Assembly (NCBI GenBank): GCA_030648285.1
Contig: JAUSIC010000010.1
Location: 1 to 50,631 of the forward strand
Direction of reading: 5' to 3'
DNA length: 50,631 nt
Origin: Nanobdellota archaeon
GTDB taxonomy: Archaea; Nanobdellota; Nanobdellia; Pacearchaeales; GW2011-AR1
The notes below the pieces were generated by a model. The model worked only from the letters and a program-made list of their open reading frames with translations, did not search any database and had not been told where the DNA came from. Numbering within the stretch: position 1 is the first letter of the stretch; each line of letters starts with the position of its first letter. The translations under genes and the position numbers were made by a program. Below are positions 17,936 to 26,600 of the stretch, one piece after another.

Positions 17936-18080
17936 TAGCCTCGCTTCTGCTCGCAACCCCACTCACATTGGATTACATTGCAGGTTCGTGAAGTTGTTCG
18001 CTCGAGATTGATCTAGTAATAATATAAAAACGACATTATTGACTTTAAATTGATTACAAAAGACTTCAATTATTCTATTA
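17936..18080 (-). repeat. Intergenic repeat family R, copy R6 (subfamily B)
   Basis: The reverse strand starts at the stop codon of 18078-18371: taatagaataattgaagtcttttgtaatcaatttaaag...gtcgtttttatattatta...ctcgagcgaacaacttcacgaacc...taatccaatgtgagtgggg. Confidence 0.6.
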
Positions 18081-18371
18081 ATCTTTTTGCTTCTTAGCAC
18101 CTATTTGCACAAGAGTGTTATAAAATTGCTGTAATGCTTCTTTTGCGATATCTTGGCAGGGTATGATTTTTACTTTTTCCCTTTTAGGTTCATACATTAA
18201 ATAATAGGCGATATTTGATGAGCCATGTAAAAGTTCATCTATTGTAGGTTCTGTTTCAACATCTCTTGGAAGAATTCTTTTTCTTTGGTGAAGATATCTA
18301 TCTGAGTTCAATTCATGCCCTAAAAATGCTTCTAGAAGTCTAATATTATCTAAACTCTCTCTGGCTATCAT
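18078..18371 (-). CDS. hypothetical protein (GC-richer orphan)
   Basis: 97-aa ORF with no family recognised. Confidence 0.5.
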   Translation of the reverse strand: MIARESLDNIRLLEAFLGHELNSDRYLHQRKRILPRDVETEPTIDELLHGSSNIAYYLMYEPKREKVKIIPCQDIAKEALQQFYNTLVQIGAKKQKD

Positions 18372-18445
18372 TAATCTTATAATTTTATAGAGTTTATATT
18401 TTTTATTATAATCAGGTTTATAAATTTGAATTCTTTTTTTAAAAT

Positions 18446-19537
18446 ATGTCTAAATACACTAAAATTGAACTTGAAGATTTGATGAAAGAGCTGGAAAGTC
18501 ATAAGGGGAAACATACAGAATTAATTACTGTTTACATTTCTTCTGGATATGACCCCAATTCTGTTCAAAAACAGCTTGAAGGAGAAAAATCTACCGCAAA
18601 GAACATTAAATCAACTACGACAAGAAATAATGTAACAGATGCTCTTGATAAAATAATAAGATATCTTAAACCCTTGAAAAAAGTTCCTGATAATGGACTG
18701 GCTTTATTTTGTGGAAACATAAGTCCTGTTGAAGGACAGCAAGATTTGCAACTATGGGATGTTGAACCCCCTCTTGCATTGAGAACAAGATTATACAGAT
18801 GTGACAAAGATTTTGTTCTTGAACCTCTTAGAGAGATGCTTGAAGTTGATGAGGTTTTTGGCTTGCTAGTTATGGATAGAAAAGAAGCAGCAATAGGCAT
18901 GCTTGAAGGAAAAAGAATTGTTTTATTGCAGAAAATGACTTCTGGTATTCCAGGCAAAGTCAAGGCAGGAGGACAAAGCGCTGCTCGTTTTAGTCGTGTT
19001 ACAGAGGGATTAACAAAAGAATTTTACAAGAGAATTGCAGAAGAAATGAAAACTATTTTTTTTGAAATGCCTAAACTAAAAGGAATCTTAGTTGGTGGAC
19101 CTGTTCCTACAAAAGATGAATTTATTGATGGAGAATATTTAACAAGAAAACTTCTTGACAAAGTTCTTGGAAGAGTTGATATTGGAGATAGTGATGAATC
19201 CGGATTAAAAGAACTTGTTGCAAGAGCAGGAGATATCTTGGCAAGCCAGGAAATAACTTATGAAAAAAATGTTCTTGCGAAATTTTTTGAAACTCTTGGA
19301 GAAAGAAGAGATTTAGCAACTCTTAAAGAAAAGGATACTATGAAGGCTTTGGAGATGGGTGCTGTTGGAACTTTGTTTTTATCAAGAGAAGCTGACAAAG
19401 CAATTTCCAATAAGTTAAAAGAAATGGCAGAAAACACAGGAGCTAAAGTGGAAATAATTTCAATAGAGACAGAAGAGGGACAGCAGTTCAATAATCTTGG
19501 CGGAATTGGTGCTATTTTGAGGTTTAGGACAGGGTAA
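18446..19537 (+). CDS. prf1: peptide chain release factor aRF1
   Basis: NIKS motif (TAKNIKSTTTRNN) and GGQ motif (KAGGQSAARF). Confidence 0.95.
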   Translation: MSKYTKIELEDLMKELESHKGKHTELITVYISSGYDPNSVQKQLEGEKSTAKNIKSTTTRNNVTDALDKIIRYLKPLKKVPDNGLALFCGNISPVEGQQDLQLWDVEPPLALRTRLYRCDKDFVLEPLREMLEVDEVFGLLVMDRKEAAIGMLEGKRIVLLQKMTSGIPGKVKAGGQSAARFSRVTEGLTKEFYKRIAEEMKTIFFEMPKLKGILVGGPVPTKDEFIDGEYLTRKLLDKVLGRVDIGDSDESGLKELVARAGDILASQEITYEKNVLAKFFETLGERRDLATLKEKDTMKALEMGAVGTLFLSREADKAISNKLKEMAENTGAKVEIISIETEEGQQFNNLGGIGAILRFRTG

Positions 19538-19567
19538 TTTTGGATTTAATTTGGAAATGAGGAATAA

Positions 19568-19690
19568 TTAATGTAAAAATTGAAATCTTTTGTAGTCGTT
19601 TTAAACTTAACATCGTCGTTTTTGATTATTATAATATTTATTTTGTGAGTGAAACGAGCAACTAATTATTAGAGTAATTTTATAAATCTC
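19568..19690 (+). repeat. Intergenic repeat family R, copy R2 (subfamily B)
   Basis: ttaatgtaaaaattgaaatcttttgtagtcgttttaaacttaacatcgtcgtttttgattattata...gtgagtgaaacgagcaactaat...aattttataaa; long match to R4. Confidence 0.65.
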
Positions 19691-19707
19691 ACTTCATTTT
19701 CTTTAAC

Positions 19708-20265
19708 ATGACAAGCAGTGAAACAATCAAAGAAATGGATGAAGCCCAAGAAAAAGAGAACTTGAAAAAACTTGAGGCGATTTTCTTTGTTTCTGCAAGA
19801 TTCTTGAATATGCAAGAGTTGATTTCACTTACTGACTTAAACCCCATTATTCTTCGTGAACTTGTTGATAAACTTAGGGAAAAATATGAAAAAGAAGATT
19901 CTGCAATTGAAATTGTTCATAAACAAGGAGAAGGTATGGAAATGTGGAAAATGGATGTGAAACCAGAGTTTACTCACATGATAAATCGATTAGCAACAGG
20001 AAGTTCTGAATTTTCAAAAGCAGAAAAAGAAACACTTGCCATTATTGCCTATAAGCAGCCTATAAAACAGTCTGTTCTTATAAAAATAAGGGGAAACAAG
20101 GCTTATGACCATATTAAAAAATTCATGGATTTGCAACTGATAAAAAAGAAAAGAATGGGACATACTTATGAATTATCTGTTGCTGATGATTTCTTTGATT
20201 ACTTTAATTTGAATGCGAGTAATGAACTACAAGAATCTTTAAAAGAAATAACTTCTGAAAATTAG
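19708..20265 (+). CDS. scpB: segregation and condensation protein B
   Basis: LEAIFFVS... and SKAEKETLAIIAYKQPIKQSVLIKIRG ... FFDYFNL, the tandem winged-helix ScpB signature. Confidence 0.85.
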   Translation: MTSSETIKEMDEAQEKENLKKLEAIFFVSARFLNMQELISLTDLNPIILRELVDKLREKYEKEDSAIEIVHKQGEGMEMWKMDVKPEFTHMINRLATGSSEFSKAEKETLAIIAYKQPIKQSVLIKIRGNKAYDHIKKFMDLQLIKKKRMGHTYELSVADDFFDYFNLNASNELQESLKEITSEN

Positions 20266-20266
20266 T

Positions 20267-21490
20267 ATGCAATTAATTTCAATAATTTATTTAGGATACA
20301 TGTTTGTAGCTCTTTATTTCCTTTCTTTGTACATAATTCTTTATTTTAACAATAAAAGAGATTTATTTTCTTATGTGCAAACTAATAAGAAGTATTCTAT
20401 TTCTGTATTAGTTCCTGCTTTTAATGAAGAAAAGACAATAGAAAAAACAATAAGGGCAATATTCAAGATAGATTATCCCTTAAAAGAATTAATTGTCATA
20501 AATGATGGTTCTACAGACAAGACAGGAAGAATTGTTGAAAAACTACTGGTTGTATTTCCAAAACTAAAAATCATAAATAAGGAAAATTCAGGAAAAGCAG
20601 ATTCATTAAATCAAGGAATTAAAATTACAAAAGGAGAACTTGTTGTTGTTGTTGATGCGGACAGTTATCCTGAAAAGGATTCTTTTGGAAAACTTGTTGG
20701 ATATTTTGACGATGAAAAAGTAGGAGCAGCGACATGCATATTTATTCCAAGAAATACGAATAAATTTTTTGAGAGATTGCAGGATATTGAATACAGGATT
20801 ATTGCTTTCACTAGAAAACTTCTTGGATATGTTGATGCAATTTATGTGACTCCTGGACCTTTGGCTATGTACAGAAAATCTGCATTAGAAAAAATAGGCG
20901 GGTTTGATAAAAAAAGTATGACAGAAGATATAGAGATTGCATGGAATCTTACAAAACACGGATATGAAAGAAAAATGTGCCTTTCAACCTATGCAACTAC
21001 AACTGTTCCAGATAAGCTTTCAGCTTGGTACAAACAGAGAAGAAGATGGAATATTGGGGGATTGCAATGCATTGGAAAATACAGAAAATATTTTTTTAAA
21101 CATGGGATGCTGGGTTTTTTTATACTGCCTTTTTTTACATTTCAGTTATTTTTAGGACTTTTGGGATTAGGAGTTGGTTTTTATATAACTTTCAGAAGAT
21201 TGCTAAGCAGTTTTCTTTTTACCACATATTCGATAAATGTTGGAACTCCTCTTCTCACAAACAGTAATCTATTCATAACTCCTAATTTTTTGAATTATCT
21301 TGGAGCAATATTATTTGTTGTTGGCTTTATCTTTATGGTTGTTGCATTAGGCATAATAAAATCAGAATCCTTAAAAAAAAGGAATATTATTGATTTGATT
21401 TTTTTCTCTTTGATTTACCTTTCTGTATACCCTTTTATTATGATTGGTGCTATATATAATTTTATAAAGAAGAAATATGAATGGAGATAA
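20267..21490 (+). CDS. family 2 glycosyltransferase, membrane-integrated (processive, QxxRW type)
   Basis: SVLVPAFNEEKTIEKTI...VINDGSTDKT, DAD at VVVDADS, and QRRRWNIGG, with N- and C-terminal TM helices. Confidence 0.9.
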   Translation: MQLISIIYLGYMFVALYFLSLYIILYFNNKRDLFSYVQTNKKYSISVLVPAFNEEKTIEKTIRAIFKIDYPLKELIVINDGSTDKTGRIVEKLLVVFPKLKIINKENSGKADSLNQGIKITKGELVVVVDADSYPEKDSFGKLVGYFDDEKVGAATCIFIPRNTNKFFERLQDIEYRIIAFTRKLLGYVDAIYVTPGPLAMYRKSALEKIGGFDKKSMTEDIEIAWNLTKHGYERKMCLSTYATTTVPDKLSAWYKQRRRWNIGGLQCIGKYRKYFFKHGMLGFFILPFFTFQLFLGLLGLGVGFYITFRRLLSSFLFTTYSINVGTPLLTNSNLFITPNFLNYLGAILFVVGFIFMVVALGIIKSESLKKRNIIDLIFFSLIYLSVYPFIMIGAIYNFIKKKYEWR

Positions 21491-21501
21491 GAATGAAAAA
21501 T

Positions 21502-21601
21502 AGAAAATTTTTCATAAATACAAAATTGGCAAAGAGGTATTTTGCATAATGAACAAACAAGAAATTTGCCACAAATACAAAATGGGAGATTTTGCATGAT
21601 G
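21502..21601 (+). promoter_or_regulatory. Tandem L-motif leaders (copies C1 and C2) with a 16-codon uORF
   Basis: C1 is agaaaatttttcataaatacaaaattggcaaagaggtattttgcataATG. C2 is gaaatttgccacaaatacaaaatgggagattttgcATGATG. The C1 ATG (21549) opens MNKQEICHKYKMGDFA*, whose TGA (21597-21599) overlaps the ATGATG of the main ORF. Confidence 0.65.
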
Positions 21602-22255
21602 ATAAAGAATCAAAAATTCATTTTTCTATATGCATTAATCGCAACATTGATTGTCTTTAATCTCGGGATTTTTTTTGGGTATATGCTTGAAGCTTCTAGA
21701 ATCAACAAGATTAATCAGATGTATCTTGAAACAGACATGAATATTCTTGACCAGAGAGTATTAAATGATGCACAAGCTATTATTGATTTTGACTGCCAGT
21801 ACCTTATTGCAGAAAACATAAAATTTGGTGATAAGATTTATGAGGATGCTCTACAAATAAAAAAATATGAAGATGCCAACAGGATTAATAATGACATAAT
21901 TTCTCAGCACAGGAAATATGATTTGCTAAGAACCTTATTTTGGGTTAATAGCATGAAAATAAAACAAAAGTGCAATTCTGACTTTCATACTGTTGTTTAT
22001 ATCTACAAATACAATAATCCTTCTGTCCAGCAGACTTCAGAGCAGAATTTTTTCTCAAATCTTTTGTCTGAATTAAAACAGAAATATGGAAACCAAATTT
22101 TATTAATTCCAATTGCAGGAGATAATAATCTTGTTTCATTAGACTTGCTCATAAAGAAATATGATATTACACAACTTCCTGTTATCTTGATTGATGAACA
22201 AACAAAAATGACAGAAGTCAAGAGCATGGAAGACATTGAGAAATATTTGAAATAG
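21596..22255 (+). CDS. membrane-anchored hypothetical protein
   Basis: MMIKNQKFIFLYALIATLIVFNLGIFFGYML has an N-terminal TM. The start is set at the ATG that ends L-motif C2; the ORF-track TTG start at 21542 reads through the leaders. Confidence 0.6.
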   Translation: MMIKNQKFIFLYALIATLIVFNLGIFFGYMLEASRINKINQMYLETDMNILDQRVLNDAQAIIDFDCQYLIAENIKFGDKIYEDALQIKKYEDANRINNDIISQHRKYDLLRTLFWVNSMKIKQKCNSDFHTVVYIYKYNNPSVQQTSEQNFFSNLLSELKQKYGNQILLIPIAGDNNLVSLDLLIKKYDITQLPVILIDEQTKMTEVKSMEDIEKYLK

Positions 22256-22304
22256 TATCTTTTATCATACAAATATTAAAAAAGGAAATTATAGTGAATT
22301 TATT

Positions 22305-23030
22305 ATGACATGGTGTGCAAAATGCGGTGTTTCAGGTGATAAGGAAAATCTATTTCCTGCAATTTCTGATAAAGGAATAGTCAAGGTATGCCAAAAATGT
22401 GCTAGCCATGAAGGATGGCCTATAATAAAACGTCCTGCTGATTTATATCCAAAAAAAGTTCCTGTTCAACCTCCGATCTCAAGAGATGCTCCTGTAAAAA
22501 TGGGCAGAGACAGCAAGACAATGTTTGATAGACTTACTAGACTTTCAGGGGTTGTAATGGCTGAGAAAAAACAAGAAAACCCCCAAACAGTAAGACAAAA
22601 CCAGGTTTTGAAAGAAATGGCAAATCGAAACTTTGAATCTAAAATTATTAAAGAAAAAGGAGATACTTCTGATTTAATTGACAATTTTAATTGGGCAATA
22701 ATGAGAGCAAGAAGAGCAAGACATCTCTCTCAACAGCAATTAGCAGAAGCAATTGGGGAGTCAGAAGCAGCCATAAGAAGAGCAGAACAGGGAGTCCTTT
22801 CTGGAGGAGGGGTTTCTTTTGTAAGAAAACTTGAAAATCATTTAAAAATACATTTATTCAGAGAAAGTATTCCAAACATTTCCACCCAAGAACTTAAATT
22901 TGATAATGCAAATTCACAAACTTTTACAATTTCTGATTTAAAAGAGATAAAAGAAGACGAACCTGTTGAAGTCAAGCAAGCAGACTTATCTGACGAAGAA
23001 GTTGATGATATTCTTTTTGGGAAGAGATAA
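22305..23030 (+). CDS. zinc-ribbon plus XRE-type HTH protein (archaeal MBF1-like)
   Basis: N-terminal CAKCG...CQKC; HTH MRARRARHLSQQQLAEAIGESEAAIRRAEQG. Confidence 0.6.
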   Translation: MTWCAKCGVSGDKENLFPAISDKGIVKVCQKCASHEGWPIIKRPADLYPKKVPVQPPISRDAPVKMGRDSKTMFDRLTRLSGVVMAEKKQENPQTVRQNQVLKEMANRNFESKIIKEKGDTSDLIDNFNWAIMRARRARHLSQQQLAEAIGESEAAIRRAEQGVLSGGGVSFVRKLENHLKIHLFRESIPNISTQELKFDNANSQTFTISDLKEIKEDEPVEVKQADLSDEEVDDILFGKR

Positions 23031-23063
23031 AATGTCTGCTAAAGCAGATTGATTAAGGAAATT

Positions 23064-23166
23064 TTAATGAGAGAACTGAATTTGTTGTAGATATTTAAGT
23101 TGAACAACGTCGTTTCTGGATTATCATATAGTCATATTGCGAACGAAGTGAACAACTATTTTTTTA
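23064..23166 (+). repeat. Intergenic repeat family R, copy R3 (subfamily B)
   Basis: ttaatgagagaactgaatttgttgtagatatttaagttgaacaacgtcgtttctggattatcatat...gcgaacgaagtgaacaac. Confidence 0.6.
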
Positions 23167-23234
23167 AGCGGGAAAAATCATTTAACTTTTTAAAAAGATA
23201 AGGTTTATAAATTGATTTTCTGATTTCTTTATAT

Positions 23235-23291
23235 GACAGAACTAAAGTTCAGCACAAATACAAAATTGGTTGAGAGGTATTTTGCATAATG
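23235..23291 (+). promoter_or_regulatory. L-motif 5' leader, copy D
   Basis: gacagaactaaagttcagcacaaatacaaaattggttgagaggtattttgcataATG. TATA ggtttataaatt lies 23 nt upstream. Confidence 0.7.
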
Positions 23292-23552
23292 GAAGTTGAA
23301 ATTCTTGAAAGTTCAAAGAATGAAATTAAAGCAAAAGTTGAGAATATAACTTTAGCAGAAATTCTTAGAGTTTATCTAAACAAAGATTCTAGCGTAAGTT
23401 TTGTAGCTTGGAAAAGAGAACATCCTACCGAAAAACCTATTCTTTTAGTAAAAACAAAGGGAAAAACAGCAAAAAAGGCGATTGATGATGCTGTTGATGA
23501 AATAACAAAAGACTTGGACAAGGTTGAAGAATCATTCAAAAAACTTAAGTGA
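23289..23552 (+). CDS. rpoL: DNA-directed RNA polymerase subunit L (Rpo11)
   Basis: 87 aa; ...ITLAEILRVYLNKDSSVSFVAWKREHPTEKPILLVKTKG has the Rpo11/RpoL pattern. Confidence 0.8.
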   Translation: MEVEILESSKNEIKAKVENITLAEILRVYLNKDSSVSFVAWKREHPTEKPILLVKTKGKTAKKAIDDAVDEITKDLDKVEESFKKLK

Positions 23553-23601
23553 TTAATTATAATAGAATAATCTTTTTATACTTAGTTTTTTTTAATACTG
23601 T

Positions 23602-26600
23602 ATGAGGGGCGAAATGAAAAAATTGAGGTTAGGAGTTATATTATTATTTGGATTATTTCTTTTTTTAATCGGTTTTGTATCTTTTATCAATCGTGTTAAT
23701 ATTACTTCTTTTGTAATAGATGTTCCTACAAATATTACTACAGAATCTCAGCAGCATTCCTGGCTTGGAAATAAAACAATTCAATCTGCAGAGCTAGATT
23801 CTACTCACAACTTAATTTATTTCGTGGGAGGTAATGGATTATTTGGGTTTTATAATATTACATCAAATACTACAACAGATTTAAGTGGAACAGATAACGA
23901 AAATTGGATTGGAAATCAAGAAATTAGAAGCTTGGCTGTTGATTCTACAAATGATTTAGTTTATCTTTTGGGGTATAAATATACTTGTGGTAGTGTACTA
24001 GGAAACAATTTATTCGGAGTGTACAATAGGACATCAAATATAACTGAGAATTTGAATACAACAGATAATGGAGACTGGTTAGGTCCAAATCCGCAAATTG
24101 GAGGTATTGTTGTTGATTCTTCCACTCATCTTGCTTACTTTAGAGGGATTAGTGGTTTTTTTGGGGTTTATAATAGAACTTCCAATACTTCAGAGAATTT
24201 GAATGTAACACTTAATGGATTTACTGGATCATTATGCGAGATTATTATTAATCAGAATAATAATCTTATTTATTTAGGGGGGGGTAATGGAGCATTTGGA
24301 GCATATAATAGAACTTCTAATGTTACAGAGAACCTGACTATGACTTCTTCTTTCCCAAATTTTGGTGCTCGTAATATATTATCTTTTTGCATTGATTCTA
24401 GTAATAATCTTATTTATTTAACAGGTTCGGGGGCAGGAGTTTCTACTTTATTTTCAGTTTATAATGTATCAAAAAATGTAACTGAAAACTTAAACATGAC
24501 GGGAGATGTAATCCCTTCTGCTCAAGGGTCAATGAATGATTGTGTTTTTGATTCGAATAATAAATTGGTTTATATAATAGGTGCTTGGTCTGCATTTGGA
24601 GTTTATAATAGAACTTCAAATACAACAGAAAATCTAAACAAGACAGATACAGGAAATTGGATCGGGGCAATTACAAATAATCTAGTTTTTGATTCTAATA
24701 GAAGTTTAATTTATTTATCGAGTAATACCAATTCATATGAATTCGGAGTTTATAATAGAACATCAAATGTAACAGAAAATTTGAATGATAGTGATACTGG
24801 AGACTGGCTTGGGACTAATGATGTTAATGAAGTAATATTTAATTCAAATAACAAACTTCTTTATTTTGTTGGAACAAACGGAGTATTTGGTGCTTATAAT
24901 AGGACATTAAATAAATCAGATGATTTAAACCTTCCAAATGATTGGTTTAGATTTAATGCTGTTAAAACAATAGTTTTTAATTCCTTAAATAACTTAATTT
25001 ATTTAGGAGGAGTTAATGGCAGATTTGGAACTTATAATTATAGTTTAAATGAAAAACAAGATTTGAGAAATACAGATCCTTCAGGTTGCTTTTATTCTAA
25101 AACAATTTCAGAAATGACTCATGATTCTACTAATAATCTTATTTATCTTGCCGGCAGCAGTTTTTTATGTTCTTTTAATATAAGTTCCAATATTACAGAA
25201 GATTTAAGACATGTAGATGGTACTGATTTGATAGTCGATGTAGGGATTTCTTCTTTAACTTTTGATACCCTAAATAGTCTTGTTTATTACAATCGTGGAA
25301 CCACTAGTTCTGGTTTTTTTTCTTATAATGTATCTGCGAATACGACAGAAAATTTAGCCCAGACAGATTCTGGGGGATGGCTCACAACTGTTACAAATGA
25401 CATGACTTTTGACAGCACAAACAACCTTATCTATCTTGTTGGAAATACAGGACAATTTGGAGTCTATAATGTTTCTAAGAATGAAACTGAGAACTTAAAT
25501 AAGACAGATAGTGATGATTGGATTAAAACTACAAATCTTCTTGGTGTTACTTATGATTCTAGTAATAGACTTATTTATTTAGATGGAGCAAATGGTGCTT
25601 TTGGTGTTTATAACAGAGATTCAAATCAGACAGAAAATTTAAATTTGACTGATACTGGAAATTGGGTTAACAATTTAGCATTGAATGAGATAACTTTTGA
25701 TAATAATAGCAATCTTGTTTATTTTGTTGGATATTTTGGAGCATTCGGAGTTTATAATAGAACATCTAATGTAACTGAAGATTTGAGAGGAACAGATTCT
25801 GGAGATTGGATTGGTAATACAACATTAAACATAGTATCTTATAGTTCAAGAAATAATCTTGTTTATATTGGTGGAGAAGTAGGTTTATTCGGAGTTTATA
25901 ATAGAACATCTAATTCAACAACAGAAGCAGCATCAGTAGTGGGAGAAGTTACTTCTCCCAGAGGAAGTTCTTCACCTCCATCTCAAACAACAATAATACC
26001 CTCAATAACTCTAGGAACACCAGCTATTATTGAAATAACAAGTTCATCCTCAAGTATAAGAACAATTAAAATAAATGCGAAGAATAATATGTCCAATGTT
26101 ACTCTAACACTTTCTAGAACAAATATTTCTGATGCTGATTTTCAAGTTATTGCAGGAGGAAGAAGAGGAGAATCTTATGAAGCTTATAACATAAATTTTA
26201 CAGGAAACAATTCAGATATTGCGAATGTAACAATAGGCTTTAGAGTAAACAAAACATGGTTGATTAAAACAGGATTTACAACTTCTAATATTGCTCTTTA
26301 TAGAGAACTTACAAATTCCACGAGATGGAAAACTCTTGCAACTACTTTTTTGTCTGAAGATTTAGTTTATTATTACTTTTCAGCTGTTTCTCCTGGATTT
26401 TCAAAATTCTTAATTTTTATAGGAGAAGACGAATGCATTCCTGCTGAAAAAAGATGCGTTGAAAACGAAGTTCAATTCTGTTTGGGAAACAAGAAATGGT
26501 TAGTAAGTGAAGTTTGCGATTACAAATGTGTTAATGGAGCTTGTGTTGAAAAAGGATTGCAAGTAAATCTTAATCCTTTAGTTGTTTATCCTATAATTGG

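Noticed and set aside
17990-18020. Apparent similarity of R6 (tcaatctcgagcgaacaacttcacga) to the T-arm and acceptor 3' end of tRNA-Gly (tcaattctcgactggcgcattcacga), suggesting R elements are tRNA-derived SINE-like units
   Set aside because: The same R6 segment aligns equally well to non-tRNA-like sequence in other R copies, such as ctagattatcaatatcatc in R5. Only the trailer blocks (TTCACGA, TAATCCA, GTGAGTG) are convincingly shared, and those are reported separately.
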